DNA from: an uncultured Clostridia bacterium
Lineage (GTDB): Bacteria > Bacillota > Dehalobacteriia > UBA4068
Direction: 5' to 3'
Assembly (NCBI GenBank): GCA_944390945.1
Contig: CALXRV010000066.1
Span: 262 to 64,261 of the forward strand
Length of the DNA stretch: 64,000 nt
Program-made: the position numbers and the translations under genes
Shown here: in pieces, positions 56,619 through 64,000 of the stretch
Layout: each line of letters begins with the position of its first letter
How positions within the stretch are numbered: position 1 is the first letter of the stretch
Notes under the pieces: generated by a model
The model's database searches: none
The model's input: only the letters and a program-made list of their open reading frames with translations
Told to the model about the DNA's origin: nothing

Positions 56619-58796
56619 TTGAACAGACTGCTGAAAAATTCCACGATCTTTATTTTGATCGTGCTGGTTGTTTTGTCTTTTTATACTTGGGGCAATCAAC
56701 CAGATCCGGTTACGCATTTGAATTACAGCGAGTTTCAGGCCCAGGTGCAAGCCGGTAATATTGCGGAAGTGACGATCTCTAATGAAGCGGAGGCTGGCCG
56801 CTATGTGATCAGTGGCACCTTGGTGAGCGACGGCAGCCGTTTTGAGGCGATTGTATTCCCGGATATGGATTTAGGTCCGTATCTCACCGAACTTGGCATC
56901 GCAGTAAATTATGATGCGCTGACAACAAGCTGGTGGAGTTCGCTGCTGATGACAGTGATCCCCATGTTGCTGATTGTTGGTCTGTTTGCTTTTTTAATGC
57001 AACAGGGGCAGGGCGGCGGCGGCAAGGTGATGCAATTCGGCAAAAGCCGGGCAAAACTGCAGACAGATGGACGTCAGAAGGTCACCTTCCAAGATGTTGC
57101 CGGTGTAGATGAAGTTAAGGAAGAGCTGGAAGAGGTCGTCGGGTTTTTGCGTGATCCGCGTAAGTTCAATGCCATCGGCGCGCGGATCCCGAAGGGCGTG
57201 CTGTTGTATGGTCCCCCCGGCTGCGGGAAGACGCTACTAGCACGCGCGGTAGCTGGTGAAGCCGGTGTACCGTTCTTTTCCATTTCAGGTTCTGATTTTG
57301 TTGAAATGTTTGTTGGTGTGGGTGCGAGCCGTGTGCGCGATTTGTTTGAACAGGCGAAGAAGCACAGCCCCTGCATCATTTTTATCGATGAGATCGATGC
57401 CGTAGGCCGCCAGCGTGGCGCTGGTCTTGGCGGTGGGCATGATGAACGCGAGCAGACGTTGAATCAGCTGCTGGTGGAGATGGATGGTTTTGCCAACAAC
57501 GAAGGTATTATTGTCATGGCTGCCACGAATCGACCGGATATCCTCGACCCGGCACTGTTGCGTCCTGGGCGTTTTGACCGGGAGATTACCGTGGATGCGC
57601 CGGATGTGGCCGGTCGCCGGCAGATCCTGGATGTGCATGCTAAGGGAAAACCGTTGGAAAGCTCGGTTAATCTGGATGTGATCGCACGCCGTACCCCTGG
57701 TTTTACCGGCGCGGATCTGGCGAATGTGCTGAATGAAGCTGCGTTGTTGACGGCCAGGCATAACAAGCAGAAAATCGGCATGGAAGAACTGGAACAAGCG
57801 GTGGAGCGGGTGATTGCTGGACCAGAGAAAAAATCCAAGGTGATCAGCGATAGTGAGAAACGCTTGGTTGCCTACCATGAAGCCGGGCATGCCGTCGTTT
57901 CCTATTTCTTACCGAATTCCGACCCGTTGCATAAGGTCTCAATCATTCCGCGCGGTCGCGCGGGCGGCTATACTTTGTTGCTGCCGGTAGAGGACCGTAA
58001 TTATGCAACAAAATCGCAGATGTTGGACAGTCTTGTCCTGCTGCTGGGTGGGCGCATGGCAGAAGCGCTGGTGTTAAAAGATATTTCTACCGGTGCACAG
58101 AATGACTTGGAGCGTGCCACGTCGACGGTGCGTGAGATGATTACGCGCTATGGTATGAGCGAAGAGTTGGGGCCATTGACTTTTGGACGTCAGCAGGAGC
58201 AGGTTTTTCTTGGCCGGGATATTTCGCATGAGCGCAATTATAGCGAAGCGATCGCTTATGCGATTGACAAGGAAGCGCGGGTCTGGATGGACACAGCGTA
58301 TCATCGTGCGGAAAAAATTCTGCGTGCGCATCTTGATGAATTGCATGCGCTGGCAGCGCTTTTGATGGAAAAAGAGACGGTGGAAGCCGTAGAGTTCTAT
58401 CACATTATGCAAAACAGCGTTTCCGAATCTGCCGCGATGCGTAAAGCAGCAGCGGATGCTTTTGCGGAAGAAGAAGCCAATCAGCAGCGTGCGGCAGAGG
58501 AAGCGGAGCGCAAGCGTCTTGCCGCGGCAGCCGAAGCTGAGCGTCGCGCGCAGGAAGCGGCACGGCGCGCTGAAGCCAAGACGATGGTGTCGGAAGCAAA
58601 ATCTGCTTCTGAGCTGGCAACAGAGCTCCCGCGCAAACCGCATGAAGACGTTTTGATTGAAGACGAGTTTGCCGAGTTCCATCCGGATGGCGATCTGACT
58701 GCTGCACCAACGGCAAAGCAGGGAAAAGCAGCTGATCGTAGTGAGGATGAGAACAAGCCGGACGTTAACATCTTTTTTGACCATAAGGATCATTAA
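56619..58796 (+). CDS. ftsH: ATP-dependent zinc metalloprotease FtsH with long charged C-terminal tail
   Basis: TTG start after AGGAAAGGAG. Contains GPPGCGKT, an SRH region and HEAGHA. About 130 extra C-terminal residues are rich in A/E/R ([30 protein letters not shown]). Confidence 0.93.
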   Translation: MNRLLKNSTIFILIVLVVLSFYTWGNQPDPVTHLNYSEFQAQVQAGNIAEVTISNEAEAGRYVISGTLVSDGSRFEAIVFPDMDLGPYLTELGIAVNYDALTTSWWSSLLMTVIPMLLIVGLFAFLMQQGQGGGGKVMQFGKSRAKLQTDGRQKVTFQDVAGVDEVKEELEEVVGFLRDPRKFNAIGARIPKGVLLYGPPGCGKTLLARAVAGEAGVPFFSISGSDFVEMFVGVGASRVRDLFEQAKKHSPCIIFIDEIDAVGRQRGAGLGGGHDEREQTLNQLLVEMDGFANNEGIIVMAATNRPDILDPALLRPGRFDREITVDAPDVAGRRQILDVHAKGKPLESSVNLDVIARRTPGFTGADLANVLNEAALLTARHNKQKIGMEELEQAVERVIAGPEKKSKVISDSEKRLVAYHEAGHAVVSYFLPNSDPLHKVSIIPRGRAGGYTLLLPVEDRNYATKSQMLDSLVLLLGGRMAEALVLKDISTGAQNDLERATSTVREMITRYGMSEELGPLTFGRQQEQVFLGRDISHERNYSEAIAYAIDKEARVWMDTAYHRAEKILRAHLDELHALAALLMEKETVEAVEFYHIMQNSVSESAAMRKAAADAFAEEEANQQRAAEEAERKRLAAAAEAERRAQEAARRAEAKTMVSEAKSASELATELPRKPHEDVLIEDEFAEFHPDGDLTAAPTAKQGKAADRSEDENKPDVNIFFDHKDH

Positions 58797-58858
58797 CCGG
58801 TTCCGTTTGGTATCTGCCACCGGTTGCAGACAGAATAATGCTTAAAGAAGGGATCGTC

Positions 58859-59911
58859 ATGGACGAGCAAAAGGCAACTGTAGCCAAAGGTTTTTTTCGT
58901 GCCGTGAAACGGTTTTTACGGCGAAAAGATATTGTGATCAGCGTGGATCGTTATTTGCTGAAGGCCTTGAGCGCAATGGCGCTCGGGCTTTTTGCCTCCC
59001 TGCTTTCCGGTTTGATCGTTAAAACGATCGGTGAGCAGCTTTCCATTGATTGGCTGATCGAATGTGGTACTTTAGCGCAGGGGATGATGGGGCCGGCAAT
59101 TGGTGTTGCGGTCGCACACGCACTCAATGCGCCGCCACTTGTGCTTTTTGCTTCTGTGATCACAGGCGCCGCCGGTAATGAGCTGGGCGGTCCGGCTGGT
59201 TCCTTTATCGCAGCGGTGATCGGTGCGGAATTTGGCAAGCTGGTATCCAAGGAAACGAAGCTGGATATCATGGTCACCCCGGTCGTCACCTTTGTGGCCG
59301 GGTTTCTGGCAGCACAATTTATCGGCCCTTATATCGATATGTTCATGCGCTGGCTGGGCGATACAATCATGTGGGCGACAGAATTGCGGCCGGTTCTGAT
59401 GGGTATTGTGGTTGCCACCGTAGTCGGCTTGGCGCTGACAGCACCCATTTCCAGTGCAGCGCTCTGCATTATGATGGATCTTTCCGGTCTGGCGGCTGGC
59501 GCGGCAACGGCCGGTTGCTGCGCGCAGATGGTTGGCTTTGCGGTAATGAGTTTCCCGGCAAATCGTTGGGGTGGTCTGGTTGCGCAGGGTATTGGTACTT
59601 CCATGCTGCAGGTGCCGAATATTATTCGCCATCCGCTGATTCTGCTGCCTCCAACATTAGCGGGGATGGTGACCGGGCCGCTTTCTATCACGGTTTGGCA
59701 GATGACGAATATTCCGGTTGGTGCTGGGATGGGAACGGCTGGTTTTGTCGGCCAGATTTCGACCATTGTCGCAATGGGTGGCAGCATTGATGTATGGTTG
59801 TCCATGCTTTTGCTGCATATCCTGCTACCGGCGGTTTTGACTTTGCTTTTTGCCTGGCCGATGCGCCGCCGTGGCTGGATCAAAAACGAATATATGGCAC
59901 TGGAACTATAG
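58859..59911 (+). CDS. PTS EIIC-domain membrane protein (PfoR/COG3641-like), no PTS partners adjacent
   Basis: About 10 TM helices and a Gly/Ala-rich EIIC-like sequence (GPAIGVAVAHAL, GPAGSFIAAVIGAEFGK). Family call is from memory. Confidence 0.6.
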   Translation: MDEQKATVAKGFFRAVKRFLRRKDIVISVDRYLLKALSAMALGLFASLLSGLIVKTIGEQLSIDWLIECGTLAQGMMGPAIGVAVAHALNAPPLVLFASVITGAAGNELGGPAGSFIAAVIGAEFGKLVSKETKLDIMVTPVVTFVAGFLAAQFIGPYIDMFMRWLGDTIMWATELRPVLMGIVVATVVGLALTAPISSAALCIMMDLSGLAAGAATAGCCAQMVGFAVMSFPANRWGGLVAQGIGTSMLQVPNIIRHPLILLPPTLAGMVTGPLSITVWQMTNIPVGAGMGTAGFVGQISTIVAMGGSIDVWLSMLLLHILLPAVLTLLFAWPMRRRGWIKNEYMALEL

Positions 59912-59964
59912 CCTGCAGGAACGGCGGTGGAATATGCAAACCCGCCTGTGTTGAGGATGAGAGT

Positions 59965-60795
59965 TTGATCGATAAACGAGAATTCATCACCTGGCTGCAA
60001 CAATTTCCGGCTGCCTGGCTGCGACCGCTCTGCATGGGCATCCTCAATGTCACGCCGGATAGCTTTCACGATGGCGGTGCCTATCTGCACCCAGCAGACG
60101 CTTTGCATCGTTTGCAACAGATGCTGGTTGCCGGCGTGGATCTGATCGATATCGGCGCAATGTCGAGCCGCCCGGGACATCAGCCGATATCCGCGGAGGA
60201 AGAATGGCAGCGATTGGCGCCGGTTTTGCGGCAGGCTGTGCAGATCTGTTCAGTGCCAATCTCCGTGGATACGGACAAGGCTGAAGTTGCTGAGGCTGCA
60301 CTGAAAGCAGGCGCTGCAGCGATCAACTATTGTGGTGGTAAGCAGGATACAGCGATCTATCATTTAGCGGCGGAATATGGTGTTCCGCTGATCGTCATGC
60401 ATCGCGATGGCGAGGAAGGCGGACATGCAGCTATCGTTAATGAAGTGCTGGCCTTTTTCCAAGCCAGCCGTCGTACAGCCTTATCCGTTGGTGTGGCGGA
60501 ATGGCAACTGGTTTTTGATCCCGGCTTTGGCTTTGCCAAAAATGTAGCAGAAAATGTAACGCTGATGCGGGCCTTGCCGCAGTTGGCTGCTGCCGGCAGA
60601 CCGCTGCTGGCAGGTTTTTCGCATAAACGTTTCGTTGCCGCGCTTTCTGGCGAACGGGCCGGCGCGGCGCCATATGGTAACAGTGCTTTGTCTGCCTATT
60701 GCCTTTTGCATGGCGTACATATTATCCGCGTACATGAAGTGGAACATTTTGTGCCGGTCGCCAGGGCGCTCCGGCTCTTGCAGGAGGAGAATTAA
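59965..60795 (+). CDS. folP: Dihydropteroate synthase
   Basis: Contains MGILNVTPDSFHDGG, DIGAMSSRPG and DPGFGFAK. TTG at 59965 is the only in-frame start after the upstream stop; the ATG at MGIL is an alternative. Confidence 0.88.
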   Translation: MIDKREFITWLQQFPAAWLRPLCMGILNVTPDSFHDGGAYLHPADALHRLQQMLVAGVDLIDIGAMSSRPGHQPISAEEEWQRLAPVLRQAVQICSVPISVDTDKAEVAEAALKAGAAAINYCGGKQDTAIYHLAAEYGVPLIVMHRDGEEGGHAAIVNEVLAFFQASRRTALSVGVAEWQLVFDPGFGFAKNVAENVTLMRALPQLAAAGRPLLAGFSHKRFVAALSGERAGAAPYGNSALSAYCLLHGVHIIRVHEVEHFVPVARALRLLQEEN

Positions 60796-60796
60796 G

Positions 60797-61153
60797 ATGG
60801 ATCGTATCTGTTTGCCTGAGATACCCTTGTTTGCCTGCCATGGCGTATATGATCAGGAGCAGCGGGAACCGCAACATTTTTTAATTTCGCTCACGCTTTT
60901 TTTGGACCTGCATCAGGCGGGGCTTTCGGATGATTTGGCGGATACGGTGGATTATGGAGCATTGTATCAGCGCGTTCGTGAATTTGCCGAGAACAACAGT
61001 TACCATTTGATCGAAGCATTGGCAGAGCGGATCGCTACACTGGCCTTAGCAGAACCTCTAGTTCAGCAGGTGACGGTGCGGGTGAAGAAGTGTGCAGCGC
61101 GGGCTGGCGAGGTCAGCTTCCCTGCAGAAGTGATACTGGAGCGTGCACGCTGA
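60797..61153 (+). CDS. folB: Dihydroneopterin aldolase
   Basis: 1-nt gap after folP. Contains FACHGVYDQEQREPQHFLISL, DTVDYG and LIEALAE. Confidence 0.88.
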   Translation: MDRICLPEIPLFACHGVYDQEQREPQHFLISLTLFLDLHQAGLSDDLADTVDYGALYQRVREFAENNSYHLIEALAERIATLALAEPLVQQVTVRVKKCAARAGEVSFPAEVILERAR

Positions 61154-61650
61154 TGGCACGCGCTTATCTTTCCTGCGGTAGCAACTTGGGTGACCGTGCC
61201 GGGTACTTAAGGCAGGCAGTAGCTGGCTTGGAACAGGCGGCGGGCGTACGGGTTCTTCGTCGATCCTCTCTGTATGAAACAGAAGCCTGGGGTCCGGTAG
61301 AACAACCGGATTATCTCAATGGCGCGTTGTTGATCGAAACTGAATTGCCCCCGCATTCTCTGCTTGATTTATGCCAGGAGCTGGAACAGCGCGCTGGTCG
61401 GAAAAGGTTGGTCCGCTGGGGAAGCCGTACTTTGGATATAGATATTCTGCTTTATGATGACTGCCGCGCGGATGATGCACGGCTGCAGTTGCCGCATCCG
61501 CGATTAAGCGAGCGGCTTTTTGTGTTATACCCGCTGGCAGAATTGGCAAACGGCGACCCACTACCGCTGATCGGCGATGTGGCTTCACTTTTGGCAAACT
61601 GCAAGGACGCAGGAGCGGTGCGGTATTATGCTGGTGCGGATGAATGGTGA
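61153..61650 (+). CDS. folK: 2-amino-4-hydroxy-6-hydroxymethyldihydropteridine diphosphokinase
   Basis: TGATG overlap with the folB stop. Contains GSNLGDR, SSLYETEAWG and RTLDIDILLY. Confidence 0.9.
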   Translation: MARAYLSCGSNLGDRAGYLRQAVAGLEQAAGVRVLRRSSLYETEAWGPVEQPDYLNGALLIETELPPHSLLDLCQELEQRAGRKRLVRWGSRTLDIDILLYDDCRADDARLQLPHPRLSERLFVLYPLAELANGDPLPLIGDVASLLANCKDAGAVRYYAGADEW

Positions 61651-61672
61651 TCACCGGGAAGGATGCGCGGAA

Positions 61673-62644
61673 ATGGGAGCTGGCATTGCTGGAAAGCGGC
61701 TATATTGCATCGTGAATCCGCTGGCGGGCGGTGGGAAATGCGGCGCTGCCTGGCGGCAGATTTTGCCGGATCTGATCAAGCGCCAACCGGATCTCTTTTG
61801 GGAATATACAGAAGGGGCGGGGACAGCCGGACGCCAGGTACGGGAAGCCGTTTTACAGCGCGGCGCAGAAGCGGTGGTTGTCTTTGGCGGGGATGGCAGC
61901 TTGCACGATGTGATCAATGGGATTATCCGGGATGACCGATTAATTCGGGATGATTTGATCCTGGCATTTCATCCAGCAGGCTCTGCATGTGATCTGGCGC
62001 GTACCTTATATGGGAAAAAGCACAGTGCGCCGCCAGACCTGCTGCAAAGCGGCGTTATTCGCCGGGTGGATGTTGGCCGTTGCACCTTCAGGGGCCGGGA
62101 GGACATGCCAAGGGTATCCTATTTCCTTAACAGCTTTGATGCAGGGGCTGGTGCAGATACCTGTGTGCGTGTGAATGCCGGAGCTGGCCGTGCCAAGCGC
62201 TGGCTGCGTAATGGGCGGCTGGCTTTTATGTTGAATGCGTTTTGTGTATTAATGGGATTTTCCTATACCGATGCAGAGATCATTGCGGATGAGAAAGGAT
62301 TTTCCGGCCGCTATATCATTATCGGTGTGGGCAATGGTAGATATATCGGCGGCGGTATGTTGCTTTTTCCGCAGGCATCGCTGGATGATGGCTGGTTGGA
62401 TTTGTTGCTGATCGAAGAACGCAGCCGAAAGGATATTTTGCGGTTATTGCCAACCGTTTACCGCGGGGGTTTTTTCCAGGCATGCGGCGTGCATGCGATG
62501 AAATGTAAACAGGTTTTGCTGCGAACAAAGCGGCCGATCGCCATTGAGCTGGATGGCGAAGTGCCTGGCTATACTGAAGCGCAGGTGCACGTGCTGCCAC
62601 GGTTGCTGCCGTTACTTTTTCCAGCGGCTGATCTGCGGGCTTGA
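61673..62644 (+). CDS. YegS/BmrU-type diacylglycerol/lipid kinase
   Basis: Contains CIVNPLAGGGK and VVFGGDGSLHDVINGI. Confidence 0.8.
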   Translation: MGAGIAGKRLYCIVNPLAGGGKCGAAWRQILPDLIKRQPDLFWEYTEGAGTAGRQVREAVLQRGAEAVVVFGGDGSLHDVINGIIRDDRLIRDDLILAFHPAGSACDLARTLYGKKHSAPPDLLQSGVIRRVDVGRCTFRGREDMPRVSYFLNSFDAGAGADTCVRVNAGAGRAKRWLRNGRLAFMLNAFCVLMGFSYTDAEIIADEKGFSGRYIIIGVGNGRYIGGGMLLFPQASLDDGWLDLLLIEERSRKDILRLLPTVYRGGFFQACGVHAMKCKQVLLRTKRPIAIELDGEVPGYTEAQVHVLPRLLPLLFPAADLRA

Positions 62645-62702
62645 CTTTCTGTTGCAGCAGGTTTATACTTGGTATGAAATTCCTATCTGAAAGATAGGAA
62701 TT
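62641..62702 (+). promoter_or_regulatory. Promoter and 25-bp perfect palindromic operator of the Rrf2-nifS unit
   Basis: TTGACT (62641-46), 17-nt spacer, TATACT (62664-69). AATTCCTATCT-GAA-AGATAGGAATT (62678-62702) lies between the predicted start point and the SD AAAGGAGG. Confidence 0.65.
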
Positions 62703-62717
62703 AAAGGAGGTGCTGCT

Positions 62718-63134
62718 GTGAACATTTCAACCAAAGGGCGTTATGGTCTGCGGGCAGTGTTGGATTTGGCAGTGCATGATGCAGAAAAACCGATCACCTT
62801 GTCTGCGATCGCAGCGCGGCAGCAATTATCCGAAGGGTATCTTGAGCAGTTGATGGTCCCGATGAAACGGGCGAACATTATTGCCAGCAGCCGCGGTGCG
62901 CAAGGCGGTTATTTTTTGGCCAGGCCGGCGGAGGAGATTCGCGTGGGCGAGGTGTTTCGCGCGTTGGAAGGGCCGCTGGCGCTGGCATCTTGTGTCAGCG
63001 AGGCCAATGAAGAAGACTGCGCGCGACGCGATTGTTGCGGGAGCGCATTCCTCTGGGGGGAGATACAGGACGCCATCGGTGCAGTACTGGATAAATATAC
63101 GATCGCTGACCTGGTGAAACGGGAGGGAAAATAA
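62718..63134 (+). CDS. Rrf2 family transcriptional regulator (IscR/CymR-like)
   Basis: GTG start. MNISTKGRYGLRAVLDLA wHTH. Cys residues at ASCVSEANEEDCARRDCCGS are possible cluster ligands. Confidence 0.88.
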   Translation: MNISTKGRYGLRAVLDLAVHDAEKPITLSAIAARQQLSEGYLEQLMVPMKRANIIASSRGAQGGYFLARPAEEIRVGEVFRALEGPLALASCVSEANEEDCARRDCCGSAFLWGEIQDAIGAVLDKYTIADLVKREGK

Positions 63135-63136
63135 GC

Positions 63137-64000
63137 ATGGAAGGAATCTATCTCGATCATGCGGCGACGACGCCGCTTTTTCCGGAAGTCGTTGACGCGA
63201 TGGCGGATTTTCTGCGTGAGCATTATGGCAATCCATCCAGCCTACATCATTTTGGGGCGGATGCAAAGGGATATCTTGACCAGGCGCGTGCGCGTGTAGC
63301 AGAGCTGATCCATGCAACGCCGGAAACGATTACCTTTACTTCCGGTGGTACGGAAGCAGATAATATTGCTATTTTTGGTGCGGCAGCACATGCCGCAAAG
63401 CTGGGGAAACGGCATTTCATCACTTCGGCAGTGGAGCATCATGCCGTATTGGAAAGCTGCGAAGAGCTGGCGCGGGAAGGCTTTGATCTTACAGTCCTGC
63501 CGGTGGATAGCTATGGTATGGTACAGCCGGATACGTTACGCGAATCGCTGCGCGACGATACTTTTCTGGTCACGATCATGCATGCGAATAATGAAGTAGG
63601 CACGATCAATCCAATTCCCGAACTGGCGGAGCTAGCACATCAGCGCGGCGCACTTTTTCATACGGATGCTGTGCAGAGCGTTGGCAAGATTGCCTGTGAT
63701 GTAGCGGAGTTGGGCGTGGACATGCTGACCTATTCTTCGCATAAGATCAACGGCCCTAAAGGGGTGGGCGCGCTTTATCTGCGACCGGGCGTTACCTTGG
63801 AACGTCGTGTCTGGGGTGGTGGCCAGGAACGTACGCTGCGCTCTGGCACGGAGAATATGCCGGGTATCGTAGGCTTTGGCAAAGCGGCAGAGCTGACCGC
63901 CGCGCAATGGCAGGAACATGCTGCGGCATGGAAAAAACTGCGCGATTTGCTGGTTGAACAGGTTCTGCAGCGGATTCCCTATACCTATTTGAACGGCCAT
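63137..64000 (+). CDS. Cysteine desulfurase NifS/IscS family, N-terminal 288 codons (3' end outside window)
   Basis: Not in the ORF track because there is no stop in the window. My translation from the ATG at 63137: MEGIYLDHAATTPLFPEVVDAM...TSGGTEADN...YSSHKINGPKG...RSGTENMPG. Confidence 0.9.
   Translation, partial: MEGIYLDHAATTPLFPEVVDAMADFLREHYGNPSSLHHFGADAKGYLDQARARVAELIHATPETITFTSGGTEADNIAIFGAAAHAAKLGKRHFITSAVEHHAVLESCEELAREGFDLTVLPVDSYGMVQPDTLRESLRDDTFLVTIMHANNEVGTINPIPELAELAHQRGALFHTDAVQSVGKIACDVAELGVDMLTYSSHKINGPKGVGALYLRPGVTLERRVWGGGQERTLRSGTENMPGIVGFGKAAELTAAQWQEHAAAWKKLRDLLVEQVLQRIPYTYLNGH

Overview
64-kb chromosomal segment from an endospore-forming Bacillota (Firmicutes) genome; spoIIE, ylmC/ymxH-like, whiA and rapZ are present, but genus cannot be determined from sequence alone. 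GC is roughly 50-58% in core genes by hand counts. Most genes are on the plus strand and are housekeeping. In order: Nramp transporter (partial); a Frd/Sdh-like flavoprotein/FeS operon; class I fumarase and malic enzyme; YdbS/YdbT-like bPH proteins; two tandem MFS paralogues; rubrerythrin; uvrB, an MFS gene and uvrA; uvrC; rapZ-whiA-rpoN; the glycolytic operon gap-pgk-tpiA-gpmI-eno; secG; membrane pyrophosphatase; cysteine desulfurase-thiI; smpB, a zinc-ribbon gene and ssrA (tmRNA); an accessory tract at 37.7-44.6 kb; ylmC-like; nrdR; a minus-strand accessory block (GGDEF, orphan PstS-like lipoprotein, WG-repeat-like lipoprotein); an AbrB-family membrane protein; a CAP-domain protein; spoIIE; tilS; ftsH; an EIIC/PfoR-like gene; folP-folB-folK; a lipid kinase; and Rrf2-nifS (partial). 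The only RNA gene I can support is tmRNA. I saw no rRNA, tRNA, CRISPR array, transposase, integrase, toxin-antitoxin pair or recognisable defence genes, and no clear-cut novel multi-gene system. The best-supported unusual items are: (1) the Frd/Sdh-like operon at 725-4324, with altered active-site motifs and TSUP-like/DUF1294 membrane partners in place of a known anchor; (2) a Crp/Fnr regulator next to a palindrome-fronted ferredoxin plus membrane FeS pair; (3) a sensor-less GGDEF protein beside an orphan binding-protein lipoprotein; (4) a structured leader with a uORF ahead of the tandem MFS genes. Family names come from motif recognition by eye, not from database searches.
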